Positions 24,103-36,521 are shown, numbered from the stretch's first letter. The stretch is 64,000 nucleotides of DNA from Azolla caroliniana (GCA_043228905.1 JBHGNT010000011.1:10168001-10232000); one strand, 5' to 3'. Made by a program: numbers and translations. Notes: generated by a model not told the origin, from the sequence alone.

Positions 24103-25706
24103 AAGATTATCCTGAATTGTAAAAAGAGCTAAATCAGGTCTTTTGGGTTCATGGGAGGGGTTTGTGGTACTTGCCTTGACCTCTGTGACGAACTTGTCAG
24201 TCATAGTTGCTTCTGCTATTTGCTTGAGCAAAGAGTCATCCCGGAGCAAGCAAGTCGCAAAGTTGTAGAATTGGTTAGGCTTTAACAAACTCTAGGACTG
24301 CTGAACATATGCTTCATCCTCCGGAGTGAGCTCGAACTCAGACCAACGGGATAAGACATCGATCTTCGTGTGTTGAGTGCCGGGTCGAAAGATTATCTCA
24401 AAATCATAGTCTGCCAAGAAGGTTGACCATCGCGCCTATCTACGATTTAAGGTTCGTGTGGTAGAAAAGTATATTAGATTTTTGTGATCTGTAATCACTT
24501 AGATACGGTGTTGCACCCCATTCTTCAAAAGCAATAGTAATAGCGAGAAGCTCCTTGTCGTATATGGGGTAGTTGATTTCTGGGGTCGTGAATTTGCAAG
24601 AGTAGTAAGCCATCGGGTGAAGCACACCGACCTCATATGGCTGGGAGAGGATCGCCCCAATGGAGAAATCAGAAGCATCCGTTTCGACTTGGAAAGGCTT
24701 AATTGGGTTAGGATGTAAAAGGACCGGTGCCATAATAAAGGCTTGTTTCAGCAAGTCGTACCGCTTTTGGGCAACTGTTGTCCATTCGAAAGTAGCATCC
24801 TTGCGGGTAAGAGCAGTGAGAGGTTGTGCGATCACTGAGAATCCTTTGATGAAGCGACGATAAAATTTGGCAAAACCAAGGAATGATTGCACATCTCGTA
24901 CCCGAGTTGGGACAACCCACTCTTGGATAGTCTTGACTTTCCGTGTGTCCATTGTGATTCCCTGTGTTGAAATGACATATCCAAGAAACTCTACAAAAGT
25001 ACGATCAAATTCACATTTTTCACTTTTAGCGTAGAGTCTGTGCTCGCGAAGTTTGGTGAGGACTAACTTGACATGTCGAGTATGCTCCTTGATGTTTGAA
25101 GAGAAGACCAAGATATCATCTAGATAGATCACACCAAAGTGATTTAGATATTCTCAGAAAATGGCATTCATCATATGTTGAAATACTGCAAGACCATTAG
25201 TGAGGCCGAAAGGCATTACCTTATACTCGAAATGTCTGTAGCGCGTTCTAAAGGCGGTTTTCCATTCATCTCCAGGTTTGATCCGTACCAAATTGTATGC
25301 TCCCCGTACGTCAACCTTGGAGAAGATCTTCCCAGTCTGGAGTCGATCCAACAGCTCTAGGATGAGAGGCAGTGGGTAGCGGTTGCGAACAGTAATCTTG
25401 TTTGGACCACGATAGTCGACGTAAGGATCCATCTTTCTTTTTCATGAACAAAATAGGAGCTCCTACTGGTGATTTTGAGGGTTGAATAAAACCCTTTTCA
25501 AGGTTCTCGTTGAGATACATTCGGAGTGCCTGGAGTTCTGGTTCTGACAACCCATAAATTGGGCCAAAGGGAGGACTGCCACCTTCTTGCAGATCAATCA
25601 GATAGTCATAACGTCGATGCTCAGGCAAGTGATCAACATTCTTTTTCTCAAATACGTCCTTGAAGTCTTCATACTTGAACGGTAGTCAGTCAGTAGTTTT
25701 GCAACA

Positions 25707-25955
25707 CAAACTGGTTGGGTCAATGTAGTAAAACGTAACATTAAAAAGGAACTAAAAGATGAAAATATTGTAAACACTACCCTTGAGGAAGAGAAAATGC
25801 GTCAAGCTTGACGTCTAAATGTACGCGTCACTAGGCTCAAGGAAGGGGCATCATCTCCCGATGAAGATCCACAAACACTAGGGAAAATGTTAGGGTACAC
25901 AGAGGCCCTACCAATGACCAAAACTTGGAGGGTCGGACGTGACACTACTAGGAAG
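25707..25955 (+). mobile_element. LINE ORF1 fragment, an inverted homolog of 28256-28502
   Basis: Encodes TGWVNVVKRNIKKELKDENIVNTTLEEEKMRQ, matching ORF 28284-28511 on the minus strand. Confidence 0.9.
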
Positions 25956-28850
25956 ATAGATCCCAAAAAGAGTCGGTGATAGGGGGCAACCCTGTTTTAC
26001 ACCAATGGTGCTAGTGAAACAATCGGATAGGCCACCTAGGCATCATACGCACCCAAAGACTTGCTCATATAGGCATAAATGGCCCAGATCATGTCATTTG
26101 GTATCTCCAAGCTCTTAAGTCCATCAAACAACTTCTCCCTAGGAACCGTGTCAAAGGCTTTGCGGAAGTCCACAAAGCAACAATATAGTTTCTTCTTACG
26201 AGCCTTCATCTGGTCAATTAAGCACCTAAGTGTGAAGATATGGTCAATAGTGGAGAAGGCTCATCTAAAGCCAGCCTGCTCAAGTGCTTGAAGACTTAAT
26301 GTTTCCATATAATCGCTAAGCTTCGCTTCCATTACCGCACCATATAGTTTAGCGAGCGTATGTCCTATCATAATGGTCCTATATGTATTTGGGTCCATTG
26401 GGTCCCCTCCTTTATGTATAGGAACCACTATGTTCATGGTCCATTGTGGTGGAAAACCCTCGGCAAGGGCACGGTTGAAGATTAGAGTGAGAAAGGGGGC
26501 TAGGCACTCTCGAGCATATATGATGTGCTCGACTCGCAATCCTGTGTGGTTCATGGATTTCCTATGTTGTAATTTTTTTATGACCTTCACGACCCTAGAT
26601 GTTGTGAAAAGTGTCCCCATGTTAGGTCGGGGTGTGGAAGGCATTGGGATGGGTGGTTGGTTCAGGACATGGTAGAGTCTCTTGATATACATGTGCCAAA
26701 TATTGGGATCCTCGATGGGTGTGTGGTCACGGTTCCCTTAGTCTCTTCCATGCAAGGGTGCAATCCCTACTCATGAGCATATGGTAGAGTTCCCAATATT
26801 GGGATGCTTCCCAAGCTCATCTTTTACGACGTGTCATCTTGCGCATCTCTTTTCAAGCCTGTATCGAGGAAATAGTACCACTAAGTCGCAACACTTTAAG
26901 TTGTGTATACAACTCTCTACAATCCTTGTCATACCACTTGTTCTGTGGCATAGACCCTATTTTACTATGATTGGAGTGTTTCGTGTATAGGAAGCTACTA
27001 ATTGTTGCCGAGTGAAGGGTGTGTGCGAGTTCTGTAGTGAGGTTCTCTAAAGGCAAGGAAGAATCAAAAGAGGAGAGATGGGCTTGAACATGTCGAGAGT
27101 AAATGTCAACGAGTTCATGCATGAAATGTATTATGGTGTGCTGGTTTGGTTGACTAGAGTTGGTGGCATGGGATGTGTTGCATTTTACCTCAAAGTATAG
27201 GAAGCTATGGTTTGCACCAATGGGGCATGGGATCACCCGGAAGGAGTTAACCATGTGGGTAGCTTCAGGGTGTCCTATTAGGTAATCATCTGTGCTTTCC
27301 CCTCCTCCATGTGGGAAACATGTGACCGCTTCCGAGTCCGGCCACTTGGCTAAGCCATTATATATGATCATCTGGTGTCAGCTTCCAAGTTCAAGCAGAT
27401 GATGGCCAAAGCTTGTGGCGTCCGCACCTTGATCGTTTGATGTACGCGTTATGTCTAAGTCTAAAGGGTCAACATTCACCATTTCGAGGTTTCTATCCAT
27501 CTGAAATATTGTGCATTGTCGGGATTGGGTTCTCGCATTGAAATCTCCTACAAGGAAGACTTCCCCTTGAGAAGAATATCAGATTATGTCATCTGATAAA
27601 GGTTCGTATGGAGAAGGCCCATGCAAAGTTCCTTCATCAACAATACTTGCCTCTCCAGCCATATTATACCGGGATCCTTTCGGGGGGAAGTAACACACGG
27701 CGATAAATATCGCTTGGTCCTTGCTAGTGAGGACTTTCACCCACATAAAACGGGTTTCAGGGTCTTTCTTTAGTATTTCTATCCTATTATGTATCTCTCT
27801 CCGGAATAGTATCGCAACCCCTCAAGACCCTCTAGTAGTATGTCAACGTGAGGTTTGTCTAAAGACAAATTCCCAACGAAAACCGTCAACTTGTGGCAGT
27901 AAAAAAACTATGCCAAATACCTTCAAAATCTCCTCTAGATGGCCAGGGTGTGTCCAAAGTGCACCGTTACAGTTTCATAAAGTCATCCTAAGTTTATTGT
28001 CTGTCACATGGGCCACACGCTGTCAATTGGCAGCACGATCATTTATTATCACACGTCCGTCTTGGTAAAAAGCACGATGCCCCTCTTTACGAGGTTGTAT
28101 GACTCACGACATACAAGTTTTACGATGCTCAATTTGCATCTTAGTTAGATATTCATCGAGGTAGATAGGGTCCCCGCCCAATCCTCGAAGAATTGGTCTC
28201 TTTTTAAAAAATGCGATTCTAGATTCTGAGTCCTTAAACTGAAGGACCAAAGCTCTTTTCCTAGTGGTGTCACGTCCTACCCTCTAAGTTTTAGTGATTG
28301 GTAGGGCCTCGTACACCAACATTTTCCCTAATGTTTGTGCATCTTCGTTAGGAGATGCCCTTTCCTTGAGCCCAGTAACTCGTACATTTAGGCGTCGAGC
28401 TTGACGCATTTTTTCCTCCTCAAGGGTAGTGTTTACAATATTTTCATCCTTTAGTTCCTTTTTAATATTACGTTTTACTACATCAACCCACCCAGTTTTT
28501 GCTAATTCCATATCGCTTTTAACCTCTTCATTAACCTTTTTTTATCTCGTCCTTAATATCCTCTAGGGAAGATATCTCACCATCTTCCCTAGATGTCTCA
28601 AGATCCTTGACTTGTTTCTGAAGGTTCGTGTTGTCATAAGCACTTCTTTTTCTTCCTTATCTTTTTGTTTTTCAGCTTCAATCTCTTTTGCCCATTTTTC
28701 TAGTTTAACTAAACGGTTAAGGACATCTAAAAATTCTTCCTTACTTATAATTTCTTCGTGTGTTTCCTTATGGTTTCGTCTAGAAGTCATGTTGTAAATC
28801 AAAAGATAAAAGAAAGAAAAAACGAAGAGGACAAAAAAAACTTAGCTGAG
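25956..28850 (-). mobile_element. Decayed non-LTR retrotransposon (ORF1 + APE endonuclease + partial RT), 3'-truncated; RTE-X/CR1-like rather than typical plant L1
   Basis: ORF1 starts at ATG 28790 (coiled coil, RRLNVRVTGL). Endonuclease motif GDFNART. RT motifs PIHKGGDPMDPNTYRTI, QAGFR, FVDFRKAFDTV and GVKQGCPLSP. Confidence 0.85.
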
Positions 28851-29022
28851 CATTGATGCCTTGCATGCTAGGTTTGAGTGTAGAAGGACATGTATGCTTC
28901 AGCCGATTACGTCGTCAAAAGCGTAGGTGATAGCGGGGACAAACAACGACGACAACGCAGGCGATAGCAGACAATGGTTGCAGACGACGACAGCAGACGA
29001 CAACGATAGAAAGAGCCGTTAC

Positions 29023-29270
29023 TAGAGAGAGAGAGAGAGAGAGAGAGAGAAGCAAGTGATGGTGGCAAAAACCTAAGCCCCATACATACATACATACATA
29101 CATACATACATACATACATACATACATACAGAGAAAGAGAGAGAGAGAGAGAGAAGCAGCTGATGGATGGTGGCAAAAACCTAAGCCCCATACATACATA
29201 CATACATACAGAGAAAGAGAGAGAGAGAGAGAGAAGTGGCAAATACCTAAGCCCCAAGCAAGCAAGTCTC

Positions 29271-29310
<40 letters not shown>
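29023..29310. repeat. Compound (GA)n/(CATA)n microsatellite within a triplicated unit upstream of HisRS
   Basis: GTGGCAAA(A/T)ACCTAAGCCCCA occurs 3 times (about 29062, 29170 and 29236), each followed by CATA and/or GA runs. Confidence 0.9.
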
Positions 29311-29312
<2 letters not shown>

Positions 29313-29313
<1 letters not shown>

Positions 29314-29504
29314 TGGAGGCTCTCTCTCTGTCTGCCCCTTCCCCTCCCCCTCCCCCTCCTGTCAGTGCTGCTGCTGCTGCAGACGATTGCAAGAACAGCG
29401 ATGGTGGCGAAGAAGAGAATGCCCAGCTTCCTGCGTCCAAGAAGAAGGCTAAGGCTGCTGCATCTGAAACCAAATCCTCCAGGCGCGATGTCAAAGTCCC
29501 CAAG
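29313..29504 (+). CDS. HisRS: HisRS exon 1 (low-complexity N-terminus)
   Basis: [16 protein letters not shown]...RRDVKVPK, then a GTATTT donor; joins in frame to GTRDF. Confidence 0.8.
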
Positions 29505-32500
29505 GTATTTATTTATCCTCTCTCCTCTCCTCACAGAAGCGCTTTCTGCTTCTCTTCTCTGTGAGTTATACGTGTTTCCCAGATTGTTTCTTCTTTTAAG
29601 ATCAGACGCGGATCTGTTTTGCTTTCGTATTGTCAGAATCTTTCTAGCCGTCTCGGATTTTTCTAATTCAAAAATATCTAGTTTTCTTCTGAAGATCAAA
29701 AGAAGAGGCCAGGAACTCCCTTTGCTTGAAGGAAAACGCTTGAAAATCGTCACATGTAGTCTGTGTAATGTCGTTCTCGACACTCAGCTTCCTCTTCAAA
29801 TCATCATGAATCAAAATCTTTTTCTTCTTCTTCTTCTTCTTCTTCTTCTTCTCGTTCTTCTTAATATCAAGAAGGGATCAAGTTTCATTGATGAAGTGAC
29901 ATGTGTTATCTACGTCAGTTTCATTGATATTACGTCTGTAACGAGGACCCCAGGTCTGGATTTCTTCTGGAAATAGGCTTCGTTTTAGAACTCGTCATTT
30001 GGGTTCTTCTTAAGATCCAGAAGATTTCAGGATCTTTGCAGAAGCAAGCAGGGATTTGTTTTTATTCTTCTTCATTTTCAGTGGACTGGGACTCACGTTC
30101 TTGTGACATTCATCTTTTGTTTCAAACCTGATTTAAATCATAGACTTCGCATAAGTGGTGGGGGTTGTGGTGTGGTGCAGCACATGGGGATTAGCTTTAA
30201 CTCACAGATACAAGGGCTGCTTATGTATACTATTGGGAAGCATCACATCGTTGTCCAAAACCATTTATTGAACTATGGGCGGTTTGGTGCATGCTTAAAG
30301 ATCAAAATGAGATACACTGGGGATGAACTAGTTTCAAAATTACCTAGTTTATGTATCGATCTGTGTACGCTTTCAGGGAACCAGAGACTTTGATCCCTTG
30401 CAAATGGCAATTCGGGAAAAAGTATTTCTCATTGTTACTAGTGCTTTCAAAAAACATGGCGGTGTTGCAATAGACACTCCTGTATTTGAGTTGAAAGAGA
30501 CTCTAACAGGTAAATATGGAGAAGACTCAAAGTTGATTTACGACCTTGCAGACCAGGTATGTGCTGGCATCTTTTTTGTTTCATCACATCCGTTTGTGTT
30601 TGTGAATTCTAGTCCTAAGATTATATAAATTTATGTTGATGTATACTAGAGAGAGCTGATCTTTATACCCTTTGAAATCAGGGTGGAGAATTGTCATCCT
30701 TGCGCTATGATCTCACTGTGCCATTTGCACGTTACTTGGCGACAAAGAAATTGACCAGCATGAGAAGGTATCACATAGCGAAAGTCTACAGGCGAGATAA
30801 TCCTGCTAGGGGGAGATATCGAGAATTCTTCCAGTGCGATTTTGATATTGCGGGACAATATGATGTAATGGTTCCTGACTTTGAAGTATTGAAGGTGCTG
30901 ACAGAAATTCTTGATAAGCTTGATATTGGCAACTACGAGGTACAAACTGCACAACTATGTTTGTGGTTGAATTGCATCAAATGAAATTGTTTAATTATGT
31001 GGTAGACACTCTTTTTTCCTGTAAAGTTTGAGTTGAGATAGAATCTAGATGTTGTGCTGTTTTATGCTACAATCACTGATTTAATTGATCACATACAAGA
31101 TATTTTAAAGTTTTAAACATCACATGGTCATTACTTAAATGGGTGGGGAACAAGGGCAGTATGTTTAATGCAGGGACGGCCTTTGTTACAATATGCAATT
31201 TTTTATTTTTGCTAATGAAATCCTTTGAGCTTATTAAGAAGCCAGTATAGTTATGGTGCAATGCCTAAAGGAGCTTAACTCGAATTCTCTACTGTCAGTG
31301 AACGAAGAACCTAATATCGATATCAAGCATATCAGAAGATCTAAGGTCACCAAATATCCATATCAAGCATATCATAACATGACAGGAATGCTTAGAGCTT
31401 ATTAGATGAGAGAAGGAGAGTGATGTTATATGTCTTTTGTCCCTCCCAAATGATGATATGATTATAATATCCACATGAATGCATGCAAGTGAAAAGTGGA
31501 TGGTATGTGTATAAGCAGTATGGAGTTAATTTGACAGAAAGAGTGGTCCTTCTTGGACACTCATTTGCCATGCCACGGCTGCCAACAGCCTTAATGAAGT
31601 TTGCTGCAGAATGATTTGATTTGGAGGATAACATGCAGTTTTTCTGATACTAATATGAAAGCAGATGCTGTTTGAAATCTCACACACTTGTTTCGTTGGC
31701 TTCAGGCCAGCCATTTTTCAAATATGCAATGGCACTTAACATAGTCGAAGACTTGCTTTCGTCTGTGGCTGTGGTTCAGGTTTTCCATTAGGCATTCCTG
31801 CTGACATTATGTGGCTTTACAAGTCCCCATAAAAGTTCCGTTTTCTTGGATCACCTGAACTGCTCTGTGTATCTGCTGTATACACATCAGTTCTGGTACT
31901 TACCTCAAAATTAGAGCGTGGCAATCCACAGTTCAATATTAGCCCGCATTGCAAGTGCAATTTTAACTTCTTGTTATAGTTGCCAGCATCATCTTATGGT
32001 GTATGTGGAGGACCCGATGCTCACATTCTTGGTGGAGAACCAGAGTCTACGGCATATCCCTTGGCTGTTATAGGCATGAAATCTTTAGGAACAGTGCAGA
32101 GAAAGGGCACGTTTTCCCGAGATTGTGAAGCGTTTTCATCCTTGTTTTGGTCTTTTTCTTGCTGACATTATGTAACATTACAAGGCTCCATAAGAGTTCA
32201 GTTTTCTTGGCTCTCCTGTACTAAATAGGTTGCATGACAATGCACGGTTAATATTAGCTCTAATAAATAGGGTGATATTGCCCAATTAATGTGATTCAAT
32301 TTGCTGCAGAATGGCCTAAATTCTTTTTCTGGTGAAGATATCATTTTTTTTCTTTTTCAGGTTAAGCTTAATCATCGACGACTGTTGGATGGTATGCTAG
32401 AAATTTGTGGAGTGCCTGCTGAAAAGTTTAGGGCCATTTGCTCGTCAATAGATAAGCTGGATAAACTAACTTGGGATGATGTCCGAAAAGAAATGGTACT

Positions 32501-33737
32501 CTTCTCATTTAAAACAGTTTTTCAAACATACTGATGGCTGCTGTCAGTTTTTTTTATTTCATGCTCTGTGATGTATCCTTGCCAGGTTAAGGATAAAGGC
32601 TTAACGGAAGAGTCTGCAGATAAGATTGGTAAACTCGTACAGAAGCGTGGGAAGCCCATGGAATTGCTGGCTGAACTGAACAAAGAAGACAGTCCATTCC
32701 ATGGAAATGCTGCCTCTGAAAAAGCTCTCGATGAACTAAATCAACTATTTACTTATATGGATGTGGGAAAGTGCTTGAACCGGTTTGTTTTTGATCTGAG
32801 TCTAGCTCGGGGTCTTGATTACTATACTGGAGTTATCTTTGAGGCTACATTCGTAGGGACTGTGAAGGTAAATAACTAACTGTTCAAAGGATAAATATAG
32901 TTTAATGATTTTCAATATCTTGAATAGCCATTTCGTAGGGACTATGAAGGTATATAACTAACTGTTCAAAGGATTAATATAGTTTCATGATTTTCAATAT
33001 CTTGAATAGCCATTTTGAACTTTGAACTGCAGATGGGATCAATAGCTGCTGGGGGCAGGTATGATGATCTTGTGGGAATGTTTAGTGGCATGCAAGTTCC
33101 GTCAGTCGGCATGAGTTTGGGTATTGAACGAATCTTTGCAATTATGGAAGAGCAAGAGCAAGCTAAGAAGGTAGAAATTGTGTGAATGCAGTTTATTATT
33201 TTTAAGTGTTGTCACTGAGAGTCAGTGTCTGCTTGTGACAGCAGTTCAACTTTGGACTTTTTTTGATAAGGTTGCATGAGTGTAATGGGGATTTTATCTA
33301 TTTTAATGTAAGCATTGTATCTATTATAGGGTTGTAAAGGTAAACTTGTCGGCAAGCAAATGACATTGTGCTTTTATCATATTCATGTTGTCTGGTTGAT
33401 GTTTTGGCAGCTTCCTGTACGTAAAACGGAGACCCAAGTTCTCATTTTGGGAATTGGTAAGACTCTGTGGAATGTAGCCATTGGTATTGCAACTGAGCTT
33501 TGGGAACAGGAAATTCCAACTGAATTCAAGTGTGTGGCTCCTGGAAGGATAGCCAAAAACCTTTCTGATGCATTTGAGAAGGATGGCATTCCTTGGGTGG
33601 TTCTTGTTGGACAAGATGAACTTGACAAAGGAATTGTGAGATTGAGGGATATGGCAGCCAAACAAGAGGAACTAGTGGCAAAGAATGATATTGCAGCTAA
33701 CCTCTCTGCGCGGATCAAGAAATCTCAAAGCTCTTAA
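29313..33737 (+). CDS. HisRS: Histidyl-tRNA synthetase, cytosolic eukaryotic type; 7 exons: 29313-29504, 30377-30556, 30682-30939, 32361-32495, 32586-32867, 33033-33170, 33411-33737 (1512 nt, 503 aa)
   Basis: The spliced frame is open and all introns are GT-AG. Motifs KVPK|[60 protein letters not shown] and GIERIF, plus a C-terminal anticodon-binding domain ([12 protein letters not shown]). The start codon is inferred. Confidence 0.95.
30377..30556 (+). CDS. HisRS: HisRS exon 2
   Basis: TTTCAG|GTRDF...YDLADQ|GTATGT. Confidence 0.95.
30682..30939 (+). CDS. HisRS: HisRS exon 3
   Basis: ATCAG|[12 protein letters not shown]...IGNYE|GTACAA. Confidence 0.95.
32361..32495 (+). CDS. HisRS: HisRS exon 4
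   Basis: TTTCAG|[11 protein letters not shown]...VRKEM|GTACTT. Confidence 0.95.
32586..32867 (+). CDS. HisRS: HisRS exon 5
   Basis: GCCAG|VKDKGL...ARGLDYYTG...GTVK|GTAAAT. Confidence 0.93.
32850..33013. repeat. 82-bp tandem duplication spanning the exon 5 donor site of HisRS
   Basis: TTCGTAGGGACT(G/A)TGAAGGTA...CTTGAATAGCCAT starts at both 32850 and 32932. Confidence 0.92.
33033..33170 (+). CDS. HisRS: HisRS exon 6
   Basis: CTGCAG|[11 protein letters not shown]...GIERIF...AKK|GTAGAA (too short to appear in the ORF track). Confidence 0.93.
33411..33737 (+). CDS. HisRS: HisRS exon 7 (anticodon-binding domain)
   Basis: GGCAG|[11 protein letters not shown]...KKSQSS followed by a stop. Confidence 0.93.
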   Translation, partial: LPVRKTETQVLILGIGKTLWNVAIGIATELWEQEIPTEFKCVAPGRIAKNLSDAFEKDGIPWVVLVGQDELDKGIVRLRDMAAKQEELVAKNDIAANLSARIKKSQSS

Positions 33738-36521
33738 TAGTACCAGTTTTGAGAATTGAAATGGTGTGAATAACATCATTCATTATGACTCAGAAGCAGG
33801 TATTGCCTCATTTTTCAGATGTTCTATGAATCGTATGGGATTCATGAACAGCAGAGTTATTCTCATGATATAAGTTATAATACTGATACAAGGATGTATT
33901 AGATGCAAGATAATTTTGATTTCACAGTTTTCACATTACCTGTGCTCGTCTAAAGCAAGTCCTGCAAATATGATTCAAGTGGCAGTACACTGCATTTTCA
34001 ACGTTGCTAAATTGATTCATGCATGTTTATTCATTCATTAATGATGTAATTGATATTACAGCTTATAGACATCTTTGCACTCTACGAGGAAGAATCATTA
34101 TTATTTTCAGAATTGATTGGTGCTACAAATATTCAACAAATTTTTATGTGGAAGAGATGTGTTTTCAGTGTTCACTTCTTTTGTGGATAGACGCATCTTG
34201 CAATACTTAATATATGTGAGTGGCAATCTATCTTGGCTACTTAAATTGTTCTCTTTAATTACTATACTCATAATTATGTGTATCTTAACGTATGTAAGAT
34301 GATTGTGTGCTTTTGTTCTGTACTGCGATGATGTGGAAAGGCTTCTTTGGAAGTAGATGTCTTTCATCAAATGAATTTGATGTAGCAAGGTATGGAGGCA
34401 ATCCACCAATACTTGTTTCACAACCAAAAATGAATCATACCAAGTAAAGCAAACACGTAGAGATTGGCATTATATTGAGGAATATGGCTGGCATGGGAGT
34501 GTTGTCAATGGTCATTGCATAATGTGGCAAGATTTTGTTCGAGACTTTTAATCTTTCTACGTTTGGTCTGTACATTATAAAGTAACTTGATATGACATGG
34601 TTTGAGTTGATGGAAAAAGTAATAAAACCAGCCTACAATGGTTTTAAGTAGATATATGAATAATTGAAAATCAGTCACTATTTATACAAAAAGGGCCCAA
34701 GTTGAGATTTGTTTATAGTTTGATTGAGGTTATCTACTGGTTGAATTTATAAATTCACATGGGGTCCTTCAAGCAACCATATGGGCCACCACTTGTTGGT
34801 TTCTAGCTCTCAAAATAATATTTTCATCCCTAGATCTTAACTAAGTTCTCCAACCACTATCAAGTTAAATCTAAATGCAATGCGAATATATGGCTTTCAT
34901 TATTCATTATTAGCCTTGAATCCGAAATATATTTTTTGAAACAAACTTCAAACATATTAAAATCCTAATAAAAGTGCGAATCGAGTTATCACATTAAATA
35001 TTTTCATACATGCGAACATCAATATTCTATGAGTACTCTACCTTAAGTCACAATATGAATAATAATGGACTCCTATGTACTACAAGAACTATTGCAGTGA
35101 AAGATCCCTATTATATAATATTGACTCCTTGTTTATAGTTATGACCCTCATTGTGTATGGTTCTTTCTTGGATATTTACACATGGATATTTTCTTGTTTC
35201 ATCATGCAAATCACTTTAGAAGATACTTTAGGGTGCTTGATATGTGGGGAGTGTGCTTCGTGAACTTCCTTGTCTTTAATTGGAATTCTGGCTACTTTAG
35301 TTGGGTACAATTTATCCTTTTAGAATCCAATTTCATAACGTGTTTCCGTTACTAGGAAAACATATTGATTTTTGGTGGTCTAACCCCCTGGTGCTACCTT
35401 TCTTTGTTTATAAGGAGTGCAATAGTTTTATATGAGACTTGATGCTGAATTATTCTAATTGTTTTGCTTCTTAATGTTTGCTCTATTACTAATAAAATGT
35501 GAGTGCATGATGTGTTTCTATTGTGGTGCTCTACGATTCTCATCCACTTGATGTAGATATGCTTCCAGATGTTTGCACTAATGTTAGAATAAAAGGTGAC
35601 CTCATGATGTGTTTCTACTTATCTAAACTTGATGTAGATTTATCCTAAATTTTATGCTTCCAAATGTTCACAGTAAAGTCTAATACTAGAATAAAAGGTG
35701 AGTGCATTATGTGTTTCTATTCATTCTTGTAGTGGGTGTGGCAAGTGACCCATCCCACATGGAAGTTTAGGGTATCCTACACAGATCTTACTAAATACTA
35801 CCAATGAGTATATTTCTCTACTTCTTCTAGAGATAAGTTAGCTTCCTCGACCTTGAATGGCCTAACTTATGGATTTTTCAGGTTCCTCAACCTTGAGGTG
35901 AGTAAAGCCCCATTCTTGTTTCTTGATTGTGGAGGCCTACTTAATGAAATATATCCATTAGAATTATCTTCCCTTCTTGAGTAACCTATATAATGGCTCA
36001 ACAAAATTGGTGTAAAGCGAGGTCCAAAAGTGTAAATCATGCATGTCCCTAGAAACCACCTCATATTTGTGTACGACTTGCACTCTTCTTTAATCTTGTC
36101 CAAGTTCGTTAGGGAGGGTTTACAACAATAGGGCCCACAAAGTTGCCAGAAAATGCTAGGTGTACATATTCTAGCTTGATCATCATTTTATTGTAGTCGG
36201 TAATGTTATCAATCACAAAACAAGTCTACATCAGTCATCCCCCAAGGGCTCATCTTTCTCCACCTCCAAGAATCCTTTGATAGGAATTATTGAGTAGCTA
36301 ATGTTTGGTAGAAGATGAAATAGAATGATAAGCGACTTGTATGTGATCAAATTGAAGCAAGATGGAAGCACAATGGGAGCATGAACAATGAGAATGTGTG
36401 AGTGAACCACAATGTACACACAGAATTAAAATCAAACTTTACAAGTAAATATATCAAAGATACATTTCAGGGTTAACACAAATGGCCCATACAATATGTA
36501 TGTGTCTATTAACACACTGCA

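Larger units (their letters stand above)
5043..25690 (-). mobile_element. Old Tcn1-like chromovirus (Ty3/Gypsy), 5'-truncated, in three pieces (5043-6366, 17662-18142, 24103-25690); 3' LTR 5043-5488
   Basis: RT ([17 protein letters not shown]), RNase H (ETDASDF), integrase (DRGPQFVSNFW spans the GAAAC TSD; HPQTDGQTER) and chromodomain (EYEVDQILD...ATWEP, about 5520-5705). PPT AGAGGGAGGATAA. LTR ends TGTCAT...ATGATA. Confidence 0.88.

Noticed and set aside
28907-29976. Long ORFs 28907-29503, 28915-29265, 29247-29783 and 29365-29976
   Set aside because: They are produced by stop-free microsatellites or by overlap with HisRS exon 1 and intron 1, and have no recognisable domains.
31795-32220. 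Diverged ~65-bp direct repeat in HisRS intron 3 (about 31795 and 32156) as a possible intronic snoRNA pair
   Set aside because: I found no convincing C/D or H/ACA boxes, so it is treated as an old local duplication.
34400-36500. AT-rich region with short ORFs and degenerate ~100-bp repeats (35490-35720)
   Set aside because: There are no recognisable motifs, termini or TSDs, so I cannot support a call.
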